DNA of 64,000 nt, the filler included, from an uncultured Methanosarcinales archaeon (lineage in GTDB: Archaea; Nanobdellota; Nanobdellia; Woesearchaeales; CAZOXR01), in the NCBI GenBank assembly GCA_964566535.1. It is 6 parts of 6 records of this genome, joined end to end, with 100 filler letters (N's around TTAATTAATTAA, not from the genome) between each part and the next. Parts side by side here need not be neighbours in the genome. Positions count along the whole stretch, not along the records: positions 1 to 18,996 come from CAZMIO010000017.1; positions 19,097 to 35,556 come from CAZMIO010000018.1; 4 more parts are not named here. The stretch is one strand, 5' to 3'. The notes beneath the pieces are model-generated. The model was not told the DNA's origin and did no database searches. It worked only from the letters and a program-made list of their open reading frames with translations. Both the position numbers and the translations under genes were made by a program. Position 1 is the first letter of the stretch. The number at the start of each line of letters is the position of its first letter. Of the stretch, positions 13,401 through 21,309 are shown one piece after another.

Positions 13401-15167
13401 ACAGCTAATCCAACAATCAGTATAATAGCAATTGACTTATCTCATGACCCAGCAAAATACATGAACAACCCAGCAGAAGGAGAAGAAGCAACATACGGAA
13501 TAACTGTAACTGCCTCTGACTCAGCAGGGAACCCATCATCAACCTCTTGGAACATAATAATAGACAAAAGTCCACCAGAAATAACAAGTGCTACCTTTGA
13601 AAATCCTATAGAGGTTGATTCGACATTGTATTTATTCAATAATGTACATTCACTGACAATTAATGCCGATGAAGAAGTAACTTGCAAATATGAGATCGAT
13701 CCAGAAACAATAGATTTTGCTTCCTTATCGGAAACAATTTCGCCTGCTGCAATATCACTGACCACAGAGGTAAGTTTTTCAGGAGTATCTCGTGATGAAG
13801 AACATAGCTTATACATAATCTGTGAAGATGAAGTAGGAAATAATAATGATGCCTCCCCAACACAAATAGATTTCACCTATACTTTGCCAGCCGTAATAAT
13901 CTACGATACACAAATAACTTATATTGATCAATCTGGAGATGAGCAATTAAAAGACCTATCAACAGACACACTTACAAATGATGTAACTCCTACTATCATA
14001 GTCAAAACAGACGTTGAATCAGCATGTAGGATGGATAAGGGGATCCTTTCTGCTGATTTAGATATGGAACCAGATACTTCAGACCCTTTAATCCAGATAT
14101 ACCCTCCAGTGGGTACCGAATGGGACTCAGAATTTGAAGATGAAGACAGACAAGGATTCACAATTAAGTGTGAAGATACTACAGACATTGGAAAGGACGA
14201 AGGAAGATTAGAAATCGAATTCACAATAGACACAACAGCACCAGATGCACCAACCTTAGATGATCCAACAGAAACAACAGTCGGCTCAGAAACACAAGCA
14301 ATCACTGGAACAGGAACTGAAGGAGACCTGATAACTATCTACTTAGATGGATCACCAACATCATACACAGGAACAGTTCAGGAAGACAATACATTCTCAA
14401 TCAACACAAAGTTAGAAGAAGGACCTAACACAATAACTGCAACAGCAATAGACCCAGCAGGAAACGAAGGTCCAGAATCCAACTCAATATCAATAAATTA
14501 CATAGCAGGAGTTCCAAGTTATGATTCCATTGTACCTGGAGATGAGGATATATTAGATAGTGTTTCAAAAATACAAGTTACATGGGATGAAGCAGTTACA
14601 TTAGAAGCAGTTTCACTAACTTTAGTAAAAGAATCAGAGTTAGATGGAACCGGATCACCAGAAACAATAGTTGAAACATCAATATTCCCAGGAACAGATA
14701 ATGTTTTCACTTATGACCATGGCGATACTCCTCTAGCCAATGGCATATACACAGTTACTATCAGTGCTTCTGACAACTTAGATCACGATGAAGACTTCAC
14801 TTCAACCTTCACAGTAGATGATAGGGTTCCATCAATTGATATCTTAGTAAATGATGAATTTGACCCTACTGTAGTCACAATAACTATATCAGAAACAACT
14901 GCAAACCTAAAAGCAACTATTAATGGCAACACCTATGACTTAATAAAAGTAAACTTGACTAAAGTCCTAGACGAAGAAGAACTAATCATTGAATTTACAA
15001 CCGAATTAACAGGAGAAACCTACAACTTAGATCAAGATATTGACTTAGATTTAGAAGGAGTAAACACCTTCAAGATCAATGCCGAATCAGAACTTGCCAT
15101 AAGCACAGAAACAGTAACTATAACCCGCGATACAATAGTAGAAGGCGGCGACATATCAATCAGTTAG
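1497..15167 (+). CDS. Giant (4556 aa) secreted surface protein: Cys-rich N-terminus, PKD-like domain, many Ig-like domains
   Basis: Signal peptide (KIKKLMLLTLIVSLLLIV). Cys-dense first ~950 aa. PKD-like PTASFTIS...GAYNVKLTVSD segment. Recurrent D(T)TPP linkers and DxAGN turns. FlgD-Ig-like ISPNGD...VTWDG. No C-terminal TM. Confidence 0.85.
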   Translation: MKTMKIKKLMLLTLIVSLLLIVPTIISQAQSGCCLNPLSSNYCWRDEAWTAEHPSIPDLDLLVNCCANGLYGDGGPTDQTTCESSPYFIADKSCFAYTHYTTDDIDPNYGTLSAFYTLTKTDPTSLIEVCNPEGLGCCCNPSGEGQSKLVAANIYSAQCAAIDDTAFQETGGTSNCGVACGAPTPPADEGLCTALTLITDCELNAIGGGPCRWSHTDYDNNPDVGECHSGCLGTHTEAQGSIFCYPSCNEGKISDGGESCVCGEGTIEIIASSSRYNNGFCCGEVYTADPGDGSNPCDGMPQGPTASFTISNTNPTVSEEITFTSTNTPGDAAITSHQWIICLPDSSCTSLPGSTSLIRYTPTDEGAYNVKLTVSDGTLSDTTLDQTITVTAAPLDPCTGDGAHMSNVLPCTCSGNTCTELTPYCYGGTCHHDPESGTAFTTTPVDCIADTGIETQPPNLVRISQLPGQRRLKIEVNSPALTSPSPSKIKVYKCDGSSCDDNIRYLVTQANYQSGGSELYDSGQIENYPVDGFHTNVGLDWDTTYTYQVDLYYDELGIGIPSNTITLTMGSEECIHEDGLDDKDKYPTKWCTRDKQGDRMVTCRLSEQAEQTAFTYIYEPDTNRCPAGTICKENDRTASCIQKVENCNDLEGSPFDLYYPPSPTTALTFYDITKTTVDKCYSCANIKNCYDYKSESACTSDSSTCEVALGACQWRSLYGDINNGVCIDSGENNCQYCDEKASEENLFEPESKPNPIEAYNEIFDTCTQYKATNLALNLDAALKDLCLYNQETKKAKSCEDVTCYDYNHMTYTDAAGAPILMEALCGDPTNNAVNDLCGLNVCAPISGVCTKNADGDDTPDCTTENCRIDMTLPITQIEIHGELLKGDEQEAIRVVATDPYCGELPGCGTPTTYFCVDQGTACNPNPAGVGIEAGRTIGIIGDQLNGKFAKTPGTLSSTNINYIRFYSVDIHKNKEEIKNVSFRIDNTGPKIYQGVSYSASAELISGPLTTTQYNQQIQAAPPRTSITIDFKTTEPSVCEFRFRGGGRDDTEAPLGCYAIEYSKEYSDLIDGTYSLTATCEDRRGNSKTYAYTINIDNDPSITAVVLQAGGETLGSGDTVSQPPEVSFTTPGNIVCRYSLDEDLAYSAKTDLASPTASGGNWQHTLDTSTLSLTEGRHTLFIECPGGSKEIIEFTIDTTPPEIKAYSQHTVTPFIELASGDSYLSPKSVLIRCEDSPRENDIAQGYGCNIQYCEDVGCTLADIPAAELQDVPSSPDEKQVVKTFTIPEGAEEPKVFRIRAIDTNPSATPPTSTVPTPIEKTINLDNNPPLFHIKDFVQDVVERPWPRLSTLNNIPSMVMDPGTYTFTIATAGGEALRSPPKVVFENKEPPIDLVGTGPTWQFKFEVTSENEADIYIHDGTTFRKELSGMILTDDSNDPDDNIDISLSISGYDRAVGHDGADPISDVSSQGNYGDKVTYITPIGTTFDSVGTFFFNIDVTSPSDFSLTIPDSIDNYNPQKEVYYFKDSALTLQLNKEGGPAATDLETLGASSVKFFRQYLGKSPDKDPIDITEDFDGPDENNIYTFTGSLRVLEDNLWAVIYDEIGYEKRSDTLKIHQDTSAPGISATTYSPPPNGQKSPDGAGLFTLQVTAKDDQSGIKQSSTNLKICKLPTDTSTTCTDGIIPTIDATNRITHSFPSGLSETDPAEDYGATLTLENWAGLTSEIDWPFIINPLIPRDPSWTFKVDADTALASPPPKDAGDVYLVLLTDFVVESIFPVGIEIMGYTLSDGISPALTPTNPVTETTSLNISLVDLHNGQQYTLTVFAKKPEDTSLTGHPFNLYFVIDTSDFFIRLAEPPIALATEEIPVLGPSDDGVIGIVQGTSSPQGTINLKINTITCPQTTAAGGPETVTITPAGLSQSSLSLSQGQEFIIDNQQGVSIDMDGSSTILPNSQTSPITVTENRDITLTPDEEGTPLALTIIVAADSPGFSLDIRDSCLGDSGTYNYYATITHLPPWEGKKITLHKQFIYDNTPPELTSVNIGTGTITDLDDLKVDHLPTAIKFTLTDDYGFGGQLGPTFIRKQGEDPIQVTPGIVDLGNNAWEFTIHTTSSQDSAIPAFSTTIPPDEITTVTVTFQIPDKAGNIIDSRFTFIVDSRTPTITGSTYTPSQPLGEAPHARYVTEQDNVDVKLLFNHQVDPASLIITTDPATIPQDITDSGTSYSFRLENLNEGSYSTSVTPTATASGIQGPIFTLPLLLVDLSPPEITSIGVGTQLLNREQLDEGVETFRVNSEVPTITINYIEATLASVTASILGETPLTLTEGLTPNSLAIQDLVLKENQNNIVTITLADLTGKSTTEEITIFADTRAPIITLSSVESTKTSPFIINYEIDEAIVPPFAFFVDGSNVYSITEPLEAGSGTTPPITLPIPDGIKTIHATASDHFGTPGTSNNLFVTLDTTAPEIESQYPNEDIILGDLSEIRVKLMDDGVGVDLQTSEMGVTYTDGATETEKECTKGIEGEYITCTFEHSLRDDQADQLLEYTVTVTAKDTLQNEEVLTFAFSIDKNAPTITFTNPANTPFITAEDTIEVTGTIIPDPARTLTLTQYQIGTAQPIDLDSNFDPNTNTFTLPLTLTQLETRVHIIAEDELAETPSSRSRDFVEIIYDTQPPTITITSPAEGTTTEESEITIAGIYNDNVQIQSVNAVVTYYNEESTSVTAETASGTFVVTVPLISGPKDQEGADINSITLIATDMAGHTAETEITISKTSLNIPVIDPLIPSPTNQNEITISGYSDLQTLVSLFVDYGKIREASVPPDSITGTEIINYDIAAAISTEPRLITIPQGKGLKFGNSIDGQTISIRGISISGIPVDIENIAKGAQGPPSPVILPIGTYDYQVYVGATPESRGTITVSPASNSFEFADVPFCTANGIKRVSVESESTEDTTLTSKESETQIITCDLTPPYLGTKTPPATVIPTVPAAGELTVELEDNMGVDLGLVTVSIGEEGTTPHPLTLDTDYTIDPITNILSITTPSDNMQTPDAADPPLTYIITVGMTDTAGTSVSAPWELTIDQRVPAPPTFTFNPEPTIHDDSPSDFYFTSDQTGPMQIGIILTFTEDIEILSATLVAEPLTFTSTDSRTFTATTPSISDGTPTLTITAQRIDNEVPAIFEKSIIVDLTSPSISPAVISAAPDLISPNGDSEEDTTVISFTPSEEVTYTLTITDGTKTRTITSPNFVTESQTVTWDGKADDDSVMQTSTVSLTLTDRAGNTFTLPEEDEIEIEIDISPPSLTNVQIYSEPLEAITYYKNALPLISGTTEDGTTIKIMSSREDDATELDSIEVTGTTTFSKAIGLSEGPNTLIVYAIDDVGNKISVPPTDQATIIYDTTPPTVTNKYPPPNNEDGDLSPEISVLLSDGLPISDVSGIDTDSINLKICKQTPPDTSEICEEGISDLSTFDISSGSVTYEFNSGLTESDTIPITYTTTITVNDIAGNSLSEEWSFTINPNVPAWPTFTGTNLVKHSQRHYYFRTTNDEDITINFDETNSQQVRITGIEYTGPVNTLIPEDPPTQVYDYTLTGLAEGVIENLKVTAEKELEEDSWGPPQTYSIYITPDETTPQIVELTLTGSNGEIVPCTIGTLCEVTTSDQVQIEGNYDEEHLNKTKLIKTSDNSMEEIPFDDSTKTFSYMKNIDTDGTYDYDIMLIDKASYETSTPIRIIVDNDEPSFYLEGFNDENKKYVSSSPTILTGVIDGNMGATGVDISLANNLRPSAAPTPSEVGIDKTTKEVSILGADFVETLGDVIVGTPIRITNDEPDTNDDVYSVDCGIETFNLARTESGTVTYTISGEKTCQFTLGADTVILTINVIDEPTTFTLSGIEVVPNRENRLHVAVTRKDIGVSSISDSYILIYDTTPPSIFDNEADTFQSVPDEITFKILDQNLVDFETLGITITEGANEKTVDSDDITITPTANPTISIIAIDLSHDPAKYMNNPAEGEEATYGITVTASDSAGNPSSTSWNIIIDKSPPEITSATFENPIEVDSTLYLFNNVHSLTINADEEVTCKYEIDPETIDFASLSETISPAAISLTTEVSFSGVSRDEEHSLYIICEDEVGNNNDASPTQIDFTYTLPAVIIYDTQITYIDQSGDEQLKDLSTDTLTNDVTPTIIVKTDVESACRMDKGILSADLDMEPDTSDPLIQIYPPVGTEWDSEFEDEDRQGFTIKCEDTTDIGKDEGRLEIEFTIDTTAPDAPTLDDPTETTVGSETQAITGTGTEGDLITIYLDGSPTSYTGTVQEDNTFSINTKLEEGPNTITATAIDPAGNEGPESNSISINYIAGVPSYDSIVPGDEDILDSVSKIQVTWDEAVTLEAVSLTLVKESELDGTGSPETIVETSIFPGTDNVFTYDHGDTPLANGIYTVTISASDNLDHDEDFTSTFTVDDRVPSIDILVNDEFDPTVVTITISETTANLKATINGNTYDLIKVNLTKVLDEEELIIEFTTELTGETYNLDQDIDLDLEGVNTFKINAESELAISTETVTITRDTIVEGGDISIS

Positions 15168-15172
15168 ATAAA

Positions 15173-18016
15173 ATGAAAAAAAGAGGTATACTCACACTGA
15201 TCCTATTACTACTACTCGTATCTCTAGCCTATTCTGTATCTAATCCAAGGCCTACAATCACTGTAAGATATAATGAAACAGTTACAATCCTAGCAAGAAA
15301 CCTAACTTACTTAGACGAATCACCGACAGTTGACTATAAACTAGATCCAGAAGCTGATACAGCTACCTTCTATGATCCTTCAGATTCAGGCAGATCCGGA
15401 AGCAATGACGATGAACAACAATCACCTTACTTCGACTACAGATTCAGTGTAATTGACATCCTCCCAGAAGGAGAATATAATTTCAACATAACTTCTGAAG
15501 ATGATTTAGGAAACGAAAAAAATTCTTCCTTAAATTTCACAGTAAAATACACCGAATTTGACATAGACATAAAAAAACCAACTATGGGAGTTTCTTTTGA
15601 TCATGTTTTCAACCTAACAGTAAATGTCAGCAGAACAGCCGACTGTAATCATTCAAGATTCGATGACGAGATAGATGCTATGAGAAAGTTCAACGAAACA
15701 AATAATCAAAAAAAAGAACACGTAGCATACAACATAGCGGCAACTGGCTCATCAGTCATACATCATGTAAAATGTAAAGATGAACTAACTGAACAGATCT
15801 ACTCAAAAAGTCTAACAGTAAGAATAGACAAGACAAAACCCACGTTAACTGTAACATCAACACCTTCAACAATAAATGAAGGTACAGAATTCAGATATAA
15901 TATTACTGTAGAAACAGATGATTTCACTTTCTGCAGATGGCATGCAACTGAAACAGACTTTGACTTAATGCTTTCATTTGATGGCACTGACTACAAAAAA
16001 GAACACAAACAAGAATTTACAGAAGTTGAAGAAGGAACCTTCGAATACGAGATAAGATGTAAAAACGCAGTAGGATTGCTTTCAGACGTAGCAACATCTA
16101 CATTTACTGCAGACACCTCAGTTGCAACTGCAATCAATCTAGTATCCCCAATTGGCTGGGTAACCAATACTCCAGTAGATTTAACAGTATCAACAACAAG
16201 AAACAGGCATTGTTCATATGATGTAGGGGGTGGCTTAGTCTCATTCAACGAACCCTCAGCAACAACTGAACATTCAAAAAGCATATCGCCTGAAGAAGGA
16301 ATCCATTCATACGAGATATCATGTCGTCTTAGGGGTGAAGAAGAAGAAAGATCATTCGAAATCAAGGTAGATACAACTCATCCAGAAAAACCTGTAGTAA
16401 CTGACGATTCTGATCTAGTGGGAAACAAAGAATATACAGTTAGAGACGACCGCTTAAAAGCTGAAATAATAACAAGAGATAGAATCTCAAAAATAGTACA
16501 ATTCAATTACTCTATTTACAATGATTCAAATGACAAACTTATATTCAAAGACATAACAAGAGATGTTGATTGTGAAATTGAAGATTGTACAGATACAACA
16601 GATAACTCTGACTGTGGAGGGCAAATCTGTACTGCCACTGTTATTGCAACTGGCCTAGACTTACAAGACAAAACTGAATATTATTTCAAAGCTTTTGCAA
16701 CAGATGAAGCAGGACTAGCATCACTACAATCTCAAAAAAGCGATGGTATCAAAGTAGACAAAAGTAAAACACCAATAGAATCAGACGACCCCACTGGATG
16801 GATAACTAAAACTACTGTATCTGATGGAGTTTTAGTAAGGTTATTGTGTAGTGATACTGACACAGACGCATCAGGTTGTGATTCTTCATCCTATAAATAT
16901 GATTTTGAAGATGCAAAAGCTGATTGTACTTTACAAGCATACACTCAACCAGTGACAGTAGACAAATCAGGATGGTTCTGCTGGGAAGTTTCTGATAATG
17001 CAGACAATACTGTAGATGGAGCAGGAGAAATTACTGTCTCTGCAGCATCAACAAACGACAGAGATGGTGATGGAGAACTAGATACCCAAGACAACTGCCC
17101 AGATGTATCAAATTCAGGACAAGAAGATACAGATTCAGACAATATTGGAGATGATTGCGATAATTGCCCAAGAAGATACAATCCATCTCAATATGACTCA
17201 GACAGCGATGATGTAGGTGATAGCTGTGATAGTTGTGAAGACACACCATCAGGTGCTTCTGCTGATTCAAGCGGCTGTGCACCTACTCAGCAAGCTACAG
17301 AAGATAATGACAGAGACGATGACGGAATCCCTAACTCATGGGAACTACAGCACGGACTTGATCCTGACGACCCATCTGATGCAGCCCTAGACAATGATGG
17401 AGATGGATTAACAAATCTTGAAGAATATACTAAAAGAACAAACCCTAATAACAAAGATACAGATGGAGACGGATTTGATGATAAAGAAGAGATTGATGCT
17501 GGTACTGATCCATTAGACTCAAATTCAAAACCTAAAAAAGGATCTGTTTTAGGAACAATATTACTAATATTAGGCATACTCATAATCTTAGGGGGGGCAG
17601 GATACATAGCTTACCTTTATTTCTATAAAGGAGAAACAGACATATTCAACAAATTATTCAACTTCGGAACATCTAAAAAAGCACCGCCTCCAGTTTTAAG
17701 CCCGATGCAGAAGCTTCCTCCAATGAGAAGCCCTTTAACAAAAAGAAAAACCTATACTCCAGGCCAACAAAGATTATTAATGAAGAGATTATTAAAGAAA
17801 CAAACAGTCAAACAAGCACAAAGACAAAAAGCAATGACTTCATTTGGAAAACTAATCCCTGGAGCTCATGCCCCAACAAGACCATTAGCTCAACCTCCAA
17901 CACCTAAAGAACCTGTAAAAGAAGAGTCAGCCTTAGACCAAATCCGTAACAAATTAAAAGGAGTAAAAGGAAAAGAGGATTCATTTAAAAGATTATCAAG
18001 ATTAAGGAAAAAATGA
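15173..18016 (+). CDS. Membrane-anchored surface protein with Ig-like domains and thrombospondin type 3-like Ca-binding repeats
   Basis: Signal peptide. DRDGDGELDTQDNCP, DTDSDNIGDDCDNCP, DNDGDGLTNLEE and DTDGDGFDDKEE motifs. TM helix (ILLILGILIILGGAGYIAYLYF) followed by a basic Pro-rich tail. Confidence 0.85.
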   Translation: MKKRGILTLILLLLLVSLAYSVSNPRPTITVRYNETVTILARNLTYLDESPTVDYKLDPEADTATFYDPSDSGRSGSNDDEQQSPYFDYRFSVIDILPEGEYNFNITSEDDLGNEKNSSLNFTVKYTEFDIDIKKPTMGVSFDHVFNLTVNVSRTADCNHSRFDDEIDAMRKFNETNNQKKEHVAYNIAATGSSVIHHVKCKDELTEQIYSKSLTVRIDKTKPTLTVTSTPSTINEGTEFRYNITVETDDFTFCRWHATETDFDLMLSFDGTDYKKEHKQEFTEVEEGTFEYEIRCKNAVGLLSDVATSTFTADTSVATAINLVSPIGWVTNTPVDLTVSTTRNRHCSYDVGGGLVSFNEPSATTEHSKSISPEEGIHSYEISCRLRGEEEERSFEIKVDTTHPEKPVVTDDSDLVGNKEYTVRDDRLKAEIITRDRISKIVQFNYSIYNDSNDKLIFKDITRDVDCEIEDCTDTTDNSDCGGQICTATVIATGLDLQDKTEYYFKAFATDEAGLASLQSQKSDGIKVDKSKTPIESDDPTGWITKTTVSDGVLVRLLCSDTDTDASGCDSSSYKYDFEDAKADCTLQAYTQPVTVDKSGWFCWEVSDNADNTVDGAGEITVSAASTNDRDGDGELDTQDNCPDVSNSGQEDTDSDNIGDDCDNCPRRYNPSQYDSDSDDVGDSCDSCEDTPSGASADSSGCAPTQQATEDNDRDDDGIPNSWELQHGLDPDDPSDAALDNDGDGLTNLEEYTKRTNPNNKDTDGDGFDDKEEIDAGTDPLDSNSKPKKGSVLGTILLILGILIILGGAGYIAYLYFYKGETDIFNKLFNFGTSKKAPPPVLSPMQKLPPMRSPLTKRKTYTPGQQRLLMKRLLKKQTVKQAQRQKAMTSFGKLIPGAHAPTRPLAQPPTPKEPVKEESALDQIRNKLKGVKGKEDSFKRLSRLRKK

Positions 18017-18564
18017 GATCCAAAGCCCAGCTTTCTGTAAGCCAGATATTCACTTACGTCATTGCTTTGTTTATCGTTTCTTTTGTTTTGATCTTTGGCT
18101 ATAGATCAATTGCTGGTCTAAAGGAAACTGGGGAGAAAGCAGACTTTGCTCAATTTAAATCAAAATTAGAATCCTCGATTAAGTTAAGTAAAGGTTATGG
18201 TGATGTTTCTAATGAGGTTTTAGCTCTTCCTCCGGGTTATGAAAAGGTTTGTTTTGCTGATCTTGACAATCCAACTGCTTACCGATTTAGTGCACATGGA
18301 TTAATTAGCAATAGTTTAGATTATGTAAGTGGTGGAACAAATAAAGTAGAAAAAAACGTTTTTTTAATTCAAGATGGTGGTGGGATGGACTCTTTGTTTG
18401 TTGAAAATATTAAACCACGTATAGAATCGGAAAGTGAGACTCCTACTGATGATCCAAAAACCGAAGAACTTCCCAATGATAATCCTTGCATCGAAGTAAA
18501 AAACAGCAACATAAGAATTAGATTCGAAGGTCAAGGAGACAAAACGGCAATTTTAACTTATTAA
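18013..18564 (+). CDS. Type IV pilin-like protein (class III signal peptide)
   Basis: MRSKA/Q followed by a hydrophobic helix. ATGA overlap with the upstream stop. Confidence 0.75.
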   Translation: MRSKAQLSVSQIFTYVIALFIVSFVLIFGYRSIAGLKETGEKADFAQFKSKLESSIKLSKGYGDVSNEVLALPPGYEKVCFADLDNPTAYRFSAHGLISNSLDYVSGGTNKVEKNVFLIQDGGGMDSLFVENIKPRIESESETPTDDPKTEELPNDNPCIEVKNSNIRIRFEGQGDKTAILTY

Positions 18565-18579
18565 CTAAATCATTCTAAA

Positions 18580-18996
18580 ATGCTTAAATCCAAAAAAGCA
18601 GCAATTGAAGTCCAGTTTAATTGGATTTTTGTACTGATTGCAGGGGCATTAATAATTGGTTTTTTCGTAATGATAGTTTCAAAACAACAAACTTCTGTAA
18701 AGAGCGAAATTAATATCGTAGTTTCAAGAGCAATTGAGGCAATACTTACAGGCTCAAAAGTTTCTGCAGATTCTGCATCACCTGGTTCTCTTCCAGTTGG
18801 AAACATAGAGTTTGACTGCGACAGCTACTCAGTGGGTGATGTAGAGCGTAAACTAAAACAGATGACAGTATTTGCCCCAGACCTAATCAAAGGCAAACAA
18901 ATCATAACTTGGTCTCTGCCCTGGAACGTCCCTTTCAGAGCAACCAATTTACTTCTCCTCACCAGCCCCCAAGTAAGGTACATATTTGTTTATGAT
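18580..18996 (+). CDS. Type IV pilin-like protein, truncated at contig end
   Basis: KSKKA/AIEVQFNWIFVLIAGALII class III-like signal peptide. Confidence 0.7.
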
Positions 18997-19096
18997 NNNN
19001 NNNNNNNNNNNNNNNNNNNNNNNNNNNNNNNNNNNNNNNNTTAATTAATTAANNNNNNNNNNNNNNNNNNNNNNNNNNNNNNNNNNNNNNNNNNNN
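18997..19096. other. Artificial contig linker
   Basis: N-run + TTAATTAATTAA + N-run, 100 nt. Confidence 0.98.
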
Positions 19097-20220
19097 TTAC
19101 TAGCCAACTCCCCCTTAGTTTTATAATATTTATATTTATTAAAAACCTCAGTTGTGACTAAACTACCAACTAATAATTCAACTGCTCCTGAAAAACTAGA
19201 AGTATCAACAACGACTATCTTCCCATTCTCAAGTTCAGAACAGATATCATGTATAGTAGTATTCCCAGCATTCAAACAAAATACTCCATTACAATGCAGC
19301 TGATTATTAGCAAAATCCATATCCAATAAATAAAGCAACTGCCTCTTTACAACAGCCAAAGTCTCCTCCCTAAAAAACTTCTGCTTGTCATTATCTTCAG
19401 AAAGCGGCTTCTCAAGAACTATGGCCTCAATCCATTCCTTTCCATACTTCTTATAATAAAGCAACATTGCCTGCTTCTGAGGATCAGAAAAATCAGCAAC
19501 CCCGTTAAAGTGTTGCGGCTTAATAACTTCTAAGTTAATCTTCAAAGTCTTAGCACCAGCAGGAACCTCCCTTGGAGTATAATAAGCCAAATTCTCTTTC
19601 TTAGCATGATCCTTCAACCCAACCTTGTTCCTCCCATAATATTCATCATGCGGATCTAAAACTAATAGCCCACAATAATCTTTATCGATAGAATTCCAAA
19701 GTAAATTAGATATCAAAACACTTTTACCTCTTCCAGTAGTCCCAGGAACTAATATATGATGAGCAAAAACCTTTTCTCCATCTAAAAATATATCAACATC
19801 CATAACCTTAGTGCCAGATCTTAAATTTCCTAAAAATAAAGGGTTCTTTGGAGCAGTCAAAAACTTAAGATCCTCTTTCCTAACTTCCCTCACTTCAGAA
19901 AAAAAACTAGGCAAACTTTTGCACAACCCGGCATTTCCATTCTTCACCAAAGCCAGACTTTTCATCCTAGCTAAGTTATAATTCCTAAGATTAGCATCCA
20001 TCATTTCCATATCTGAGTCTTCTTCCAACTTCATTCCAGAAATTAACTCCAAATTAAGCTGAGAAATCTGTGAACCATAGATTAAATCAAAAACCTGCAG
20101 TAAAATCTTTCCATCAGGAGTATCAGAAATCAACAATTCACCTAACTCAATCTTCTCATCAGACTTCTGCCTTACAAGAATCCCACCATATTCACCACTT
20201 AACACACGCCCTTTTACCAT
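19097..20220 (-). CDS. HerA/DUF87-family P-loop ATPase, 3'-truncated
   Basis: N-terminal HAS-barrel-like region, HILVPGTTGRGKS Walker A, LLVLDPHDEY motif. Confidence 0.8.
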
Positions 20221-20268
20221 AACTCAAAAAGAATTGTATCTCCTTTAAAATTTTTTTGGAATTAGGTA

Positions 20269-21102
20269 TTATTTAGGTAATAAACGCCTAAGATCATCCA
20301 CTGAGGGAATTTGGTCTCCCAGTTCAGCTAATGTGCTCGCTAATTCACCAATTTCAACTCTCATCGCTCCTAATGCAGATAACTCATATGGATCAAACCC
20401 ATTCAAAATCTGAGTAAATTTATCCCTTACATCATCTAAGTCTCCATGATAAACCAATGAAAATCCTTTCTGCGATGGCAATACTTTTAATAACCTTCTC
20501 ACTGAATCCATTGCAATATCTATTCTTCCCCTATACCTTTTAAACCTCCTCACCTGAGTATGTGGTTCATCTAACTCTTTTATTCTCCTATCATTATAAA
20601 CTATCTCATCCACAAGAAATGCCGGATTTCTAAGTAGTCCCTCATTAACCCAGCTACGTAGTTTTCTTCCTAATCTGAATTGATAAGATGGACATATTGG
20701 GAAATGAAAAATATCACCTCTATTTGCCATTAAATAAAGATTTTCACCAAGATCTAATCCCTCATCAGAAGATAAGGTTTGGGCATAATCCTCCGGAGAA
20801 TCTGGAACTACATTTCCAGTAACTTCTGCAATAGCCATTACTAATGACTTATAGTTAGAATAACTTTCTTCGCCTTCATCAATAGGAAAATGTAAAATTC
20901 CAAAATATTCTCCTTTCCGGACTTTCCTATTCCTTATTCCAAAAGAATGTATTGTTAGGCTACCCCCATTATCAAATTGGTATTGCTCCACATAACCCCC
21001 AGGGTGCCTTATACTTACCCCGGGAATATTTATCCTTTCACATTCCAATTCAAGAGGACTTAACTCATAAGGTGTTTGAACTAATTGAGTATTATCTCTC
21101 AT
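20269..21102 (-). CDS. Hypothetical protein (277 aa)
   Basis: Long ORF with protein-like composition; no motif recognised. Confidence 0.65.
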   Translation of the reverse strand: MRDNTQLVQTPYELSPLELECERINIPGVSIRHPGGYVEQYQFDNGGSLTIHSFGIRNRKVRKGEYFGILHFPIDEGEESYSNYKSLVMAIAEVTGNVVPDSPEDYAQTLSSDEGLDLGENLYLMANRGDIFHFPICPSYQFRLGRKLRSWVNEGLLRNPAFLVDEIVYNDRRIKELDEPHTQVRRFKRYRGRIDIAMDSVRRLLKVLPSQKGFSLVYHGDLDDVRDKFTQILNGFDPYELSALGAMRVEIGELASTLAELGDQIPSVDDLRRLLPK

Positions 21103-21179
21103 ACAAAGGAAATAATGGGGGTTTATTTAAAATTTTAATTGATTAGATTAAGAAAATTAGTGAAAAAAAATAAAAAAAG

Positions 21180-21287
21180 CGCCCTCGATCAGACTCGAAC
21201 TGATGACCTTGAGATGTCTATAAAAGATATAACAGTCTCACGCTCTACCTATTGCTCCGTGCTTAAACACGTCTAAGCTACGAGGGC
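21180..21287 (-). tRNA. tRNA-Asn(GTT) with two introns (15/16 and 37/38)
   Basis: Acceptor GCCCTCG/CGAGGGC+G, anticodon arm TGAGA-CTGTTAA-TCTCA, T-arm ATCAG-TTCGAGT-CTGAT. Introns at 21252-21272 and 21216-21229, both with BHB/BHL folds. Confidence 0.92.
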
Positions 21288-21309
21288 ATTCAAAGAAGAA
21301 GTTCAAAGT

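Noticed and set aside
2089..17607. Short minus-strand ORFs inside the giant genes
   Set aside because: Shadow ORFs fully nested in long, coherent + strand genes.
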